Positions 37,286 through 51,700 of a stretch of 64,000 nt of DNA are shown one piece after another; positions within the stretch are counted from its first letter, which is position 1, and the number at the start of each line of letters is the position of its first letter. Origin of the DNA: Takakia lepidozioides (taxonomy: Eukaryota; Plantae; Bryophyta). The DNA lies in NCBI GenBank assembly GCA_030704615.1, contig CM060731.1, positions 35,774,001 through 35,838,000 on the forward strand, written 5' to 3'. Both the position numbers and the translations under genes were made by a program. A model generated the notes under the pieces. It worked only from the letters and a program-made list of their open reading frames with translations, made no database searches and was not told the origin of the DNA.

Positions 37286-38100
37286 CACTACTGGAAAAGG
37301 GGGGCCTTTGCGATGCCCGGGCCACGCCGCGGCGTCGGGAAAACGCCGATTTCGGGCACGGGGCAGGCGCCGTATTTGCGACGCCCGGCCGTCGCCTGGC
37401 AGTTGCATGGGCGTCGCCAAAAAGACGTCGCAAAAAAGCGACGTATGGGGGTCGCAAGCCCCCGCCCCAACTCTCGCGACTGCCGGACGTCGCTTTTCGG
37501 GCCGTCCATGCCGATGGCAGGGGCCTCCGGCGAGCGACAACTCGCCGTCATTGGGGGGGCGACGGCGTGGCGTCACATCCCTTTTTTTTTGTAACCTGCC
37601 TGGGAGTCCCATCCTAAAACCCAAAAACACGTGGCGTAAGCCGGGTGGTACGCCAAGCGACGCCCGTGCGTTGCAGCAAGCGACTATTGGGCGTGGTAAA
37701 ATAAAAAATGTGAGGAGCTGGAGTCGGCCTCCGCGACGCCCGAGCGTGGGTTTCCGCGACGCGTTGGCGTCGATTTCTTTATATTCAATCAAAAAATGAA
37801 AACATGTGGCTCAGGCAGGGTGGTGGGATCCGCGACGCCAGGGCGTCGCAGCTTGCGACCCCGGACCAAAAAAAACACGTCGCAAGGGGGGCGGGCGTTG
37901 CTGCCTGCAAAAGGGATTTGCGACGCCTGGCCGTCACGGCTTGCGACCACCGCCCAAAAAACACGTTGCCAATTCCGACGCCCTGTAGTCGCGAGGCCAG
38001 CTTGGTGGGGGGGGGGGGGGGGTGGGGGGGGTGGGGGGTTGGGTTGATTTTGGGGGTGAATTGGGGGTGGTTTTTATTTTTTGCCTGGTTTTGTTTTGGG
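37286..38100 (+). mobile_element. Orphan CACTA terminus with GCGACGCC/GTCGC subterminal repeats
   Basis: Begins CACTACTGGAAAAG at 37286, followed by ~700 bp of dense direct and inverted GCGACG motifs. No matching partner end was seen. Confidence 0.75.
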
Positions 38101-38101
38101 G

Positions 38102-39540
38102 GAAGCCTTACCCATAAACCATAACTCCTCTTTTAAGGCCAAAACAGTACCTAGCTTAAAACCCCATAGGCAATGCTGTCAAAGATTCAAGACAAGGTAA
38201 GGTCCAGATGCTGGGCTTCAAGAGACACGCCTGCCATGCCGAAGTGCTTTATCAAAGGCAGCAAAACATAAGTCAAAAGTAAGCATCAGCATGCCAAACC
38301 AGGAGCAAGCGACCTCAAAAGCAAGAGAGAAAGACATAAAACAAAAGGAACCCTAATCACCAAAAGCACCTTGAGCGATTGGGAACGATAACTGTGCGCC
38401 ATCGCCACCCGCAAGCCACCTCCAACAAAGCAAAGGAGAAGTGAAGCATACAAGCACTCTTGCTAGGTTTAAGAAGGGAGAGAGAGATACTTCCCAACAC
38501 AAGCGCCGCTGCGAAAATTAAAAACCAGAGGAGGGAAAGAGACGATGCATTCACAGCATTGTCTCTCGCCTGTGAAAAAAGACAAAACGCCGCCATTGCG
38601 CATCCCCAAGAGATCGCCCAGCATGGGTACGATGCAACAAACAGGGTAATAGCAAAACGCAGACGCCATAACGCTCATCCCGCGAGCTCAGAAGCATGAG
38701 CAGTGCTTCTGACGGCGGGAGAGACACCCTAGGGCTCTTGCCTGATTTTTCATCTGTACAGGATGAATAATCAACACCACATTTTTTGAAACCCGACGGA
38801 TGTCATCCTTAACTAGGTTAAACAATAGGTTATAGGGTAGGGGTTAGGGTTTCACTCCTTAATTAACCATAATTAAGGGTAATTAATCATCAGTCCAGGG
38901 CCATCAGAAGCTGTACATTTCATCCGGTTCAGATGAAAAAGTCATTGAGTTCATCCGTAGGATAAAGTTCATCAGTAGGATGAAAAAATAGTAAATAACA
39001 TCCAAAGCATCGGTTTTACATCCTAACAAGTAATTCAACATCTTAAAAAAAGCCTCATCCAGTACGGAAAAAAAAGAGGAACGAACGAATTAATATCCTG
39101 GTATTTTTCATCCGGTATGGATGGAAAAATATATATAGGATGCCAGTGGTAACCCCTACAGAGGTAATTCCTCATTCTCTGGTGACTCATCCGGTATGGA
39201 TGAAAGTCAATAAAAGAGGAATGAAAAAATCATAGAGTCAGCTTAGAGGTAATTTAGTGTCCACCCTGGTAGTTCATCCGGTATGGATGAAAAATTATTA
39301 TAGGGCGGGTGAAAAAACTGTTAGAGTCCATCCGGTATGGATGAAAAATTGTTATAAGGCGGGTAAAAAACTGTTAGAATCCATCCGGTATAGATGGAAA
39401 AACAGGAAATGAACACTAATAAAACCGGCCAATTCCAAGGAGGGAGGGAGACAGAGGGAGAGAGGGGGGCAACAAGAAAAAAACAAAAAAGGGGGGGGGG
39501 GGGGGGACTAAGCAGCTGCTCAGTCACCCCCCACCTTCCT
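38102..39540 (+). repeat. Copy 1 of a ~1.4 kb direct repeat rich in CATCC/GGATG inverted motifs
   Basis: Colinear with 55932-58370 from GAAGCCTTACCCATAAACC to GCAGCTGCTCAGTCA. Contains repeated TCATCCGGTATGGATG. CATCC/GGATG motifs continue to about 40060. Confidence 0.9.
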
Positions 39541-42500
39541 TTTTTTTCTTTTTGTTTCATGATCTCTCATTCCCACTCCCTCTTTCTCCCTCTCTCTCCC
39601 TCTGGAAACTAGGTTTATGGAATTGTTGTCCCAACTTCCATCCTTGAAAAATTGAAAAATTGGGTTGCAGGGAATTTAGATGATTTTCATCCAGAATATA
39701 TCCTTTTTTCCCTAGTGAGACATTTCTTCATTAATACCTGTGAGGTTTTGCTTCATCCGGACATCAACCCGGAATATACTGATTGCAAAACTCCCGTCAT
39801 TAATTATTTTTTTCAATCCAACTTGGATGAAAAAAGGACTTCATCTGGCAGGACCTAAATACAAGACAAGACATGTATAAATGAATAAAAAAACCCCGAT
39901 GTTTTTCATCTAACCTAGATGAAAAACGGATTGCATCCGTCGAGTTCAAGACAGGATGAACACACGATGTTTTTCATCTTCCACGAATGAAAAACGGACA
40001 AAGGCCGTCGGGCGTATGGGCTGGCAGATGTTTTTCATCCTAGGAAGGATGAATGACGAGCCGGACATGGTAAAGCCCTGCGCAACCCTAATGCCTTTCT
40101 TTTTGCGCTGCGAGAGTGCGCGCGATGGCGGCTTGCGGTGACGATGGTGCTTATGCTGCAGATATCGTGAGCTGCCAATCCATGGAGTGTTGAAGGCTCT
40201 TGTGAGCGCCGCCTCTGCGGGCTCTTTACCGCGATGGCGATGGCATGGCTTAGAGATTGAGGACTGAGATTCACCTGTCTCCTCTGTCTTTTTTTTTTGT
40301 TGCACAAGGGAACAAGTCAGTGATGGCGGAGGTACCACCTGTCTTCTTGTGAAGTTTCCCTAGAGCCCTCCTCTAGATCTTTGATGACTGCGGCGTCTTG
40401 GTGAACAAGGAAGTCTCTCATCCGCATCCCCTCCCTTTATAAACCCACCTTATGAGACAAAGCTCGTTTTTCTTGTGCTTGGCAAGACTTTGCTTTGGTA
40501 AGGTAGCAGTGTTGTGGTGTTGGCGGAGACCTCCCTATCACGGTTGGGCCTTGTGGAAGATGACTCGCCCATCCCCCAAACATTACCCAAGGTTTTTTTT
40601 TCTGTTTGTCTTGCGTCCCTGCTTTCTTTTGCATTCTCTGTGCTTAGATTCAAGTGTATTGACCTCGATAGCAAGTGTGGATCCTGCTACTGACCTCGTG
40701 CGTCCTCACTACTCACAATGGTTTGGTTGTTTTTGGGACGGGACAGGTGATGGCTTCCACTTAATATCTGATGTCTAGGTTTCTATTGGCGCCAATTGGG
40801 TTGCAGAGGTGAGGAAGGAATCGCTGGCCATGGACTCACTTAACATGTTGAAAAACTAAACTACTCTATCTATGGTTTTTTCTCTTGATCCTACCTCTTT
40901 CTTTTCCTTTATGTAGGAAGAACAATGTAATGCTTTCTAAGGTGGGCTATTTCGGCCCAGCCAGTGAGACCTTGCTTTGTTGTGACATCCTGGTTTATTA
41001 TGGCTTGTGTGATACACCCATCTGTTTTCCCAGGCCCCTAACCACTTTGCTTTGCTTTACCTTAATGGTAGTGTTGAAACAAATGAGAGGCTGCAAGAAC
41101 TCTGTTTGCTGCAGCTACTCGGGTATACCCATGATGGTAAAATGCCTGTATGTTCCAACCCGTATGGCTTTATTAGTCAAATGCTTGGCTAGGGTATGAT
41201 GAAGAATCCGCTTGTGGCCATTCATCTGACACTGAAATATGGCAGCAATACATGTGGTGACCGTTTTTTCTTGAGGCAGCCAGGTGGTTAAGTGGAAATA
41301 CCCCCCTGACATGGTGTAATGACTGGTCAACGTGGAATGATGTGGATAGTGGTGTGTTGAACAGTGACATATTTGTCACGGATGTGTATGCAGTCTTTTA
41401 TTTTTGCTTGCTGTGCATGACTTTGATTTCAGCTGTAGCAGAAATAATGGTATAGGGGTATTCTGGATAACTCACCTGACATATACCCATCCCCCCCCTG
41501 TGGGGACAAGCGTGCCTGCAGACATTTTTAAACAATACTGGCAGTGCAAGTATATTAACTCGTGAATCAAGTTTTCTTTTTCCTTTTAAATTAAAAAAAA
41601 CCCTCCATACACCCATGGGGTTTGAGTAGTAACTTGGTTACACTTGCGGACACCAATCAATCGGGATTGTAAATCTTGTAGGCCCATTTGACCTGCCCAC
41701 ATCACAAGGCCAAATCGGGCCAATGCACCCGCTCCCACCCAGACCTCTGAATGTGTACATGATCATGACTGTGGTTAATCACATCTGAATACTCTTTGGA
41801 TTATGAATATTACTGACATGAACCCACACTACAAGAGATGAGCGTTTTTAGGACTACGGCTTTGGCGGAGTCATAAAAACTGCACTAGGTACATGACTAC
41901 AGAGCGCTGAAATGCATTACAGTTTTAGTTTTATGACTTTGTAGTAATGGATATCACTACATGACTCCGGAAAGTTAGGGAGCATTGGTCAAACATTGTT
42001 GACCATGATGACAGGGATGGTTTATATGACTAGTGTGATATGTTTGACTACACGTGGACGACGTTTCATGGAATCTTATGACTCCATGACTGAAGATGGT
42101 TTCAGAGCTCTATTTATACGACTACATCACTACACGTGTCATTTTGAAGGCACATATAATGCAAATAAGGTTGCCCATTAGGTTTAAAAAAATTAAAAAA
42201 TTGCTAATAAGGGCCCATTAGTGTAATCGTGAACAGAAAGGAGGGCTGGGACTTGGCGTTTTTTTGTCTCCTGCGCCACACCACATAGCTGAGGGATGGA
42301 ACGCGATGATAGCAGGATATGCAGGGGCGTGGGATGGAGGCGTTGAGCAAATGATGCACGAAGGAGAAGAGGAGGAGGAGACGAGACGAGGAGAAGCGAG
42401 CTCGCCGTTCTTGGGAGAGTCAGCTTGGTCTTAGCAAGCGTGTTTCAATCTCTGACTACTCATCTACGCCGTAGTGGTTCGATCTGACAGACCAATCCGA

Positions 42501-44464
42501 CATTACCTGACTACAGACACAAGCAGCACACACAAGAGGTCATCGGTCAAATCCTCCATGGGTCAGGACAGGTCAAGGACAATGTGGTAGGGCACCTTCT
42601 TCTTCAACCTATTTCAGCCTGTGTTGCCCTCTCATCAGACTCGGCCGCAAGATGCATATTGAATTCTGTAAGTTAGGTCGTTGGGTAGATCTGTGGTGGT
42701 TTGGAGTGACTTTGGCAAGTTACTGCCAGTGTGGCAGCAGGGAAGTATCCAAAAACATATAATAGAGGTGAGGAGAAGCTTTGGGGTGAACACTTTCCGA
42801 CCCCAATGGTGGGACAATGGAGACAAAAAGGCGAATGCCTGTTGGACTACAGAGAGAAGCAGATGCATTTCAGATTGTGATAAGTAGGGTTGGGGTGTTT
42901 TGGGGAAGAACTCCACACCAGTATGGTTGGGGTGTTTGCTGGTAGAATTGTAGGCTGTCAGAGGCATGGATAGCTGAAGGAGCAGGGATAGAGTGTGGGT
43001 CCAGATTCATCCAAGAGGGCTGGATTTCAAGCTCCACATTACCTATGATTCCCTGTGGAAGGATAGGTTACAAGAAACCTACATGGGTAGATGGTCAACT
43101 GGAAGCGGCATGCTGTACTATATGTCATTACTGTACTATATGTCATTCCAGAGACTGTCATTGTTGGTCCATGTGTTTTACAACAATGCTATCAATATAA
43201 GACTTCTGGTTCGCATTGGAAGCTCAATCCCTGTAAGTTCATTGTGTGTGAAGCTCAAACTTGTGATTTGAAGGATCTTGTAGCCAAGTTCATTCAACCG
43301 GAAAGGAAAAATTCTGAAAGCTCCCAAATTTGATGTGGGCAAGCTTATGGAGGTAAGACTTAGCTTCCCTCCTCTAATGTAAGTGTTGGATAAGTTTCAT
43401 TTAGTGTCGACCTTCACTGCATATATTGGCTCTTTTCTTGGCTGGTTTCATATTTTCTTGGCTGGTATGCTGTTGGTTGGCTTCTTTCATTTCACGTGTG
43501 TAGTGGAAGGGGAGAAGTACTTTCCTAAGTTCTGCTGCAACAATGTCTTTTTCCAGCCTAGATGTTTTCGATGGATACAAATTGAAGTGCTTTGAATGTT
43601 GCTGCAATACTATAATAAAGTGGAGGGTGCTGAATGCAGTTGGCCTTGCTTCGTGCAGGCATAATCCAGGGAAATGTGGACATAGCTGAAACCCCATGAT
43701 AGCATTTCCAGAGGACGGTGTGGATGGCCTCACAATCCAGCATGCAAAATCCATGACAATGTGGAGATGGCTGAATGGGCAAACAGGTTAAGTGGCGAAC
43801 AAGCCACGTCACTGGTACATAGTTGCATGCTTACATAGTACATGAAAGCGTACTATATGTCATTCCCGAAATTGACCATGTTGGTCCATGTATTTTACAA
43901 CAATGCTATCAATAAAAGACCAATGGTTCGCATTGGAAACTCTATCCCCGTAAGTGGCTTGTGCGTGATGCTCAAACTTGTGATTTGAAGGATCTTATAC
44001 CCCAGTTCATTGCAGAGGTGATTGGAAAAGACATTGAGAAGGCAACAGCCGTTATCTATAATCTACAGATCCCCTTCAATTTGATGTGGGAAAGCCGGCT
44101 GGCTGGAGGTCTAGTCTCACTTTCACTCATCTAATGTCAGTGTTGTATCCATTGCAATGTGGAGATGTTTGAAACAACATTGGAGCATTTCCAGAGGATG
44201 GTCTGGATGGCCTTTCGTGGCGTGTGCCGAATCCATGGCAAGAAAACATTGCAGGCAGAACCCATGGCAATGGTACCAGCACGGGTTGGTCCAAAGCCAA
44301 TTGCAACAACAAATGAATAAAGGGTGCTGAAAGGAAAGCACTCCATAATTGATCATAAAATCCAGTGTCCAAGCATGATATCTTAATGGGAATGCGAAGG
44401 GAGTGTTACCACCTTAAACTATCATGCATGGTCTATAACTGGAGTGCACAAATCGCTAGCATAT

Positions 44465-47400
44465 CTAATCTTCATCATCCTCATCTATGTCTGGGTCACT
44501 ACATGTATCACTGTCTTCATCACAGACTTGATCTTGTCCAAGGGTTGGCTGAACATCATCACCACGTATACGGGGTGCTCGGAGGTACAAGGAGGCCACC
44601 TGCTCTGGAGTAACCGGTACCGCTCGGCTGCATGTTGGGCCATCAGTAACCAGAGTCTCCTCTAGTCTTTGTGGGGCTAACAATCCTTCCACTTCCGCCA
44701 CATCATCATTATCAATTGATATGTCGCAGACCACTCTACGTGCTCGGGGGCTCTTCTCCAGGACGACTTTCCACCCCGGCTCCTTCACACAATCAGAAAA
44801 AAACACTTGATCAACCTGGCCAGGAAACACAAAAGGTTGCTCAGAAGGTGGAAGCATACGGTTAAAATTGACAAGTGTGAAGCCAGCATCATCCTGCTTC
44901 ATTGACATAGGTTGACGACCCACGCGACTCGCCCGTACCCACGAACACAAAAACACTATAGGCTGTGTTTGGCCATAGTCAATTTGCAAAATCTCCCTTA
45001 TAAGACCCACATATCTTGTAGGTTCCTCCATGTCATTGCCTGAATTGTTGGTAATGGGCTGGTGCTGGAAAACAGATGAGACTCCACAATCAAAAGACAC
45101 CATACTTGTTGTGTTCATGCCGGGGGATGTAACCCTGTAATGGTTACCATACGCTGTCATACTCTTGAATGACAGGGCAGTAAATGATGGAGGCCTTGAA
45201 AGATCCAGTAATTCCTCACGTGTTGTAGGATCAAGCCCATCTGATTGAATTGAGAGATGATCCCGTACACCTTGAGGGAGCCAAACAGCAAATGGAGGAC
45301 AAGGATGCAAATCAGGAGGGTACTGAATTGCCGTGGGATTGCTCATGCCTTCCAGCCCTTGCTCCTCACGAAACAAGCGTCGTCTGGCTTCTATCCGTGT
45401 GGACTCTGCTTCATATATCCTGTCACAATCCGAGGGTCAGCCAGGAGATTGACAGAGGTGGCGTGGGAGATTTGAAAAGACGCCATATGCCAACTAATGA
45501 TAAATGACTAAAACTTGGAAATCTGAATGTCAATGAAGTAGATTTCTTACCCCAACATGACTGACAGACGAGGATGGTTCTGAATGATGTACTCATGTAC
45601 AATATCACACAGGTCATTCAATTTTCGGGCTTTAGAACTTCCTTCCACAACTTCACGTTCCACAGATTCTGCCTCATCTGCATCCCACACCCTTCGTACA
45701 CTTCCATCAAATCCTGCCATATACTCTGTGCAAAAACCCAATGCTTCTTCAAATTGGTATCCTTCTGCCATGCTCCCCTCGGGCCTTGCCATGTTTCTTA
45801 CGTAGCCCTTCATATCTTTCATTGCCCGCTCCATGGGGTACATCCAACGAGATGCTACGGGCCCGCATAAGTACAACTCATCCACTAGGTGAACAACCAG
45901 ATGTGTCATCACATCAAAAAATGATGGTGGGAACTCCTTCTCTATAAGACACAGAGTGAGAACTGCTTCAGTTCTCAATTCCTCATACTCTACAGGATTC
46001 ACCACTTTTGCACACAACTTCTTAAATACACGACATACTCGCAAAATGGCCCTTCGAGGACCACTTGCCATGAGCCCACGGATAGCAAGCGGTATAATTT
46101 GCTGCATGAGCACATGATAGTCATGTGATTTCATGCCAAACAACTTCTTTTCACCACATGCTTTTTGAAAGCTGATGCGTAGCCTGTTGGCACTTTCAAG
46201 TTCTGCACAATCTCCAGAAAGACTTGTAACTCAGCCTCAGTGAGGACATAAGGGGCAGGAGGCATAATTAACGTATCTGCTCTGTCAGGATCACGTTGTA
46301 GCCACAATTCCGGGCGCATCCCAAGTAGCTCCAAATCACGGCGAACTTTCAATGTGTCTTTCTCACCAAAGATAGTTTTAATAATATTTTCAGCCAAGTT
46401 CTTCTCGCAATGCATTGCGTCAAACGTGTGGCGGATGAGGAGACCCTACAAAATGAACACATAAGCAATTGAGCATTTACTCATCACAATTTAAACAGAA
46501 AACGCAAAAATGTACACAGCCAATTTAAAGGCCATGAAGGAATTACCTCCCAATAAGGTAAGACATATAAAATTGACAATCGCTTAACTCCATGAGTTTT
46601 TGCTGGGTCTGTCCTGCTATCTGGCGTCCCTCCGTTTTCCACCCATGCAGTGCGAGCTGTTGCAAGCTCCTTGATTTGTGTTCCAGTCTGCGTTTTTGGA
46701 GGAGTTCCATGCTCAGTAGCGCCATTGAACATTCTTGACCTTCTATATGGATGATTGCGGGCCAAAAATCTTCGGTGGCCTAGGAAAACAATTTTTCCAC
46801 ATGTGTGTAACTGCTGTGAAGTCACCCCGGGTCCACAAGCTGGACAACCAGCATAACCTTTCGTCACTTGACCTGAGAGCAAGCCATATGCAGGGTAGTC
46901 ATGGATTGACCACATCAACACTGCCCTCAGTGTGAATTCGCGTTGACCACGAGGACGGGAAACATCATGAGCTGCAATCCCTCTCCATAGTTCCAGTAGC
47001 TCTTCCACTAGGGGCATCAGGTAAACATCTACGTTGTCCGAGGTAACAGACTCCTTACCAGGAATCAGTAGCGCTAACATGACAAAGAACTTTTTGGTCA
47101 TTAACCACGGAGGCAGATTGTAATTGACCAAGAGAACGGGCCATGTGCTCCAACTTGTGGATTGAGCTCCGTAGGGATTTACACCGTCTAAGGCCAATCC
47201 AAATCGCAGAGATCGTGGCTCTGCAGCAAAATCCTCAAATGTGGTGTCAATGTGTCTCCATGCTTTGCTATCAGCTGGATGTCGAACCAACCCATCCTGG
47301 CTCTTATGTCTGTCGTGCCATGTCATGAGGTTAGCGATCGATTTACATCGGTACATACGTTTCAACCTTGGAATGACAGGGAAGTGTCGCAATACTTTCT

Positions 47401-48614
47401 TGGGCACACTTCCACGACCTGGAATGTAACGGGAACTGCGGCACACTGGGCAAATGTCTACATTCTCATACTCCCCACGGAAGAGTACACAACCACGCTC
47501 ACAGGCATGAATCATGGTGTACTGCAATCCCATCTTGGCAATCATGGTTTTTGCTTCATAGTGAGTTTTCGGCAATGAATTCTCTTTAGGCAAAAAACTC
47601 TTACGCAACAATCCAGAAGCTCATCCACAAATGCATTGGTGCACTTGTGGGTAGTGCATGCGTTCAGCAACGTCAAAGTTGCTTGCAGCCGGCTGATGGA
47701 GCACCCTTCAAAAAGTGGACATTGCGACTGTCGGAAGAGTTTATCATACTCGGGATCAACGTGCAGGTGAGCATTCTCATCAAATTCATTGTCTCCGGAA
47801 TCGTCGAGATCATCGTCATGATCGGCAAATGTGTGATCGGTTCCACCATGAATGGGGTCCTCTCTGTTTGCATCTGCAAAGAGAAACGCTTCCTGCAATG
47901 CACGCTGCATTTCTACCTCCAATCCACCACTCTCATCTGCGTTCTCTGTGACATTGGGCTCCCGCTGTGCCGCAGGGCCTTCGTCTTCATCATCTGAATA
48001 TTCACATCCCTGCATCCCAATAGTCATCTTGTGAGTGGACCAACAACGATGTGACACTTGTTCATATTATGACATAGGAGGCACGGTGACGTTGCAGTGA
48101 TGCAGTCATATTTACGTATGTATCTTATGAATATACACCCAATCAAAACACGACATTTGTAACCATTGAAGTCATAGTTGCAGTCACTTACTTAGTCATA
48201 TATGACTACATGACTACACATGACCAATGAAAACACGACATGTGCATTAATTAAAGTGATAACGGAAGTGGCGTAGTCATAGTCACGTCTGTATCTTATG
48301 ACTTCTTGACTACAATCACCCAACGAAATGTCGACATGTGGAGAAGAGGATCGTTGCATTCAAAATTCAAACTAAAGTGCTGAAGGGAAAGTGACGATCT
48401 TACCGGAAGAGAACAGCGTCGGAGAAGAGGATCCCTCCCGTGTATCATGTAATGATTCCTCACTGTTTCCAACAACAGTACTTTCCTCCATGACACTCAT
48501 CGCAGTTGCATAGCATTTTTTATGCCCATTCCTTGTGGCATAAGCTTCTTCCATTCGCCATAGACGGTCATCTATTCTACGCCTACGCATCCGGTCGCCA
48601 CCTGCACTGTACAT
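44465..48614 (-). pseudogene. CACTA transposase TnpD (transposase-associated, Transposase_21, DUF4218, DUF4216 regions), frameshifted
   Basis: IHACERGCVLF, RHPADSKAW, LALDGVNPY, STWPVLLVNYNLPPW, WSIHDYPAYG, DAMHCEKN, GMKSHDYHV, FFDVMTHLVVHL, RWMYPMER, RPEGSMAEGY, EQPFVFPGQVDQVFF. Spliced, with frameshifts near 48500, 47610 and 46140. Confidence 0.93.
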
Positions 48615-48739
48615 GCTTTGAACGTCACCCCTTCCCTCTTTGCATGCTACGCACAGTGCATTGTCTCTAGTTTTGCACCAGCTGCCAATGTGCTATTTCT
48701 ATATCTATAGTATACTATAAGTATCGTTTCTGAGTGTCC

Positions 48740-51700
48740 ATGGTGAAGCGGAAGGTCTTCGAAGTGACAGTCCCTCTCACTGAGTACGAGAAGTTCCGAG
48801 AGCGCCGGATTGCTGCCATAAAGGAGGTGGAAGCAACGTTCAAGCAGTCGATAGATGGGTGAGTTTAGTTCCTGACTTTGGATACCCACCCACTAAACTT
48901 GCGATTCGCCTTATCCTCTAACCTTCCTACAACGATCATAAGCTTCATAGCACAAATGGGGGCGAGTAGCTGCGACTTGTACAAACAGAGAGGCAAACAA
49001 CATGCAGTGAGTGACGATTAGGTTTGAGGAGGGTGTGTCATTAGGCGGGAGATGTCCGCCGTCATTCGTGGGCAGCCATTACGTCCTGGTAGGGTGCGGC
49101 TGTGGTTCAGCGTAGGCTTAAGAGTATTAGGGTATGTATGCTTGCATTTGTTTGTGATTGTTTGAGAGGGAGGTCATGGAGGTGTTTGTGCAGGCTTGCG
49201 GGAGCGAATCGCCCTCGCAAGCCACGCGCTCCGAAGGAAAAAGCTAGGGATCAAGGTCCTGCAAGGCAAAGTGCCAGACTGAAGACGATGAAGACTACGA
49301 TTCTGCATGAGGGCTCTTCTGAGGACGATGAGGACGATCCACTCCTCCCACGCCAGTGCGAGGCGAGTGCGTCGTCGGCGGATGCCACGGCAAGCCGAGG
49401 AGAACATGCCCATGCTCATGTCGCAGGACAAAAACGCCCATCATCTACACTACGAACACCTTCTCCGTCTGTGAGTTATAGTTCTTCACAATGACCATGA
49501 TTCAAATTATGTATGTTTTTGGTAAAATCACGAAGAGATAGGGTATGGTAAGATCATGAAGAGATAGGGTATGTCTGTCAAGACAAGGAAGTTGGACAAT
49601 GCAGGGGTCAGCCAAGGCACAATCACAAATGATTTCCACTAGACAAGTTGAAGTGCCAAAGGCATGATGTCAGGCCAATGTAGACTTCAGGTGTGTTCAA
49701 ATTCTTTGCCCCATGAAACCAACGTCCTGGTACTAAGCTACAATGGCTACTTATAGAGATACTTGGGTTACTTATGCACCCAGAATATCAGTAAAACTTG
49801 GAGGGATACTTCTCATGGACCCATCAGGTTTGTCCATTTGAATTCTTGCTATGGATTTCAGGAACACCCCATACCTAAGAGGGTTCAAAAATGTACTGGG
49901 AGGACATCATTGGGGCCAATCAAATTTGGGAGATTTACTGCCCAAGATCATACTGAGTTTTGGGTAATCTTGTCTTTACAAATGATATGTGCTTCCAGTT
50001 TGTTATATTGAATTCAAGGATTTGCTGCTTGCTGCCTATATGTATGTGTAATCACCCACATTGTACTGGGGGAATTTCTTTTCAGGGCAAGCACAAGCGC
50101 ACTGGATCCACGATCCCTGCTGCTAGCAATGGAGATGGCGCCCACAAGAACGCAGGAGGTGGCCCTAACTCTCCCATCGTTGTGGGTTCTGTGCCACCAG
50201 TACCCCCACCTTATTATGGTATGCCTCAGTACCCACAGTCTGGCACTCAGTATGGTCAGGGTCAATATGGTGCTCCTCCATATGGGCAGTATGGCCAGTA
50301 TCCTCCTCCACCATATTTGCCACCCCTAATAGCTATGGGGGTGGCAGGCCACCGGAATATCCTCCTGCTTATGGACAGTATGGCCAGTATGGTCCTCGGC
50401 CTTCTGGCCAACAGCCATGGCCACCAGTCCCTACTTGGCAGGATCCTGCTTTGAATTCTCCTGAGCGCACGGAGGTCTCTGAAGGAGGGGAGGGTGCCGT
50501 TTCAAAGAATGATAGAACCAATGCTTTAAGGAGGGCTAATAGCTCAGCCAAAATTGAAGCTGCCAAGGTGAAGGAAGAGAGAATAGCTGCAGGTCTTCCT
50601 CCCACGGTGATTTTGACGAACCTCAAAGGAGCCCCGTATGGTCAGACCCGGAATGTATGGCACGCTGCCCTTAAAGGACAGGCTTATCGCAAGCTAGATT
50701 GTTCCTTGCCATCAACAACCAACCTGATGAAGTTGTATACGAAATCAGAGATCACCTGGCTAAGCTATTTTCATATACGCCACACAAGTTAAAAGACTTC
50801 CACCTAAAACAAACAATTGGCAGAATAATGAAGAGCCAGCGTTATGAAGCACACACTGCGTGGTTGGGTGGTAAGGGGAAACCCATTACTGTATCTGACG
50901 AGGTATGGAACAAGCTTGTAAGTTACTGGCAGACAGAGGTGTTCCACAAAGTGTCGGGCAACATGAAGAAGGCAAATGGTGCAATTCAGAATCCTACCAA
51001 GACTGGCCGTGGTGGGAAGGCAATGGTGGAAGCACGCTTGGTAAGTGGCATCATCACGACTCTGTATTTTGTTCCTCATTGAATTGCTATGTGTATATAG
51101 TCAGCCCTCACATTGCTTACTGACTTGTGGCATGGGTTTGTTTGTGGCATGGATTAATTTGTAGGAAACACTATCAGGGTGCCCTCCTACATTATATGAA
51201 ATTCAAGAGGGTTCAGTGTCACGGTTGTCAGCTGGGAGTGACAGGCGGGTAAGTGTGTTTTCCACGTTTGCTAGAGTGGTTGCTGCATCATAGGTTGCTA
51301 GGGTTTTTTTCAAGGCTTTTGGCCTGGGTTTTCTTTCCAATGGTTGTTCATGCTAGGTTTTTTTTGTTTGATTCATACTTGGGCAAGTTTTCATGGATTG
51401 GCAGGAGGGAAGTCTCGCATATTCTACAGTAGTTGGCAGGATGGATGGCTTGGACAAACTGGTGGAATCACAAGGACGTGACATGGCAGAATTAAAATTA
51501 CAGATGCAGAGTATGATTGAGTACCAGAAAGCCATTGTGACCAGATTGGGGATTAATCTACCAGGCGCAGGACCAGTGACATCTACGATGGATGCGTCTG
51601 CTGTGACAGTATCAAAATGTTTGGAATCCCAATTTCAGACGGTAACTGGTGCTCACTCTAAGCCCTTATGTCTTCCTGTCACTGATGATCTTTTGAATTT

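Noticed and set aside
37256-38124. ORFs of 120-180 aa over the orphan CACTA end
   Set aside because: A by-product of GC-rich subterminal repeats.
38831-38852. Telomere-like TAGGGTAGGGGTTAGGGTTT (also at about 57701)
   Set aside because: Only 2-3 imperfect units within a dispersed repeat. At most a telo-box, not an interstitial telomere array.
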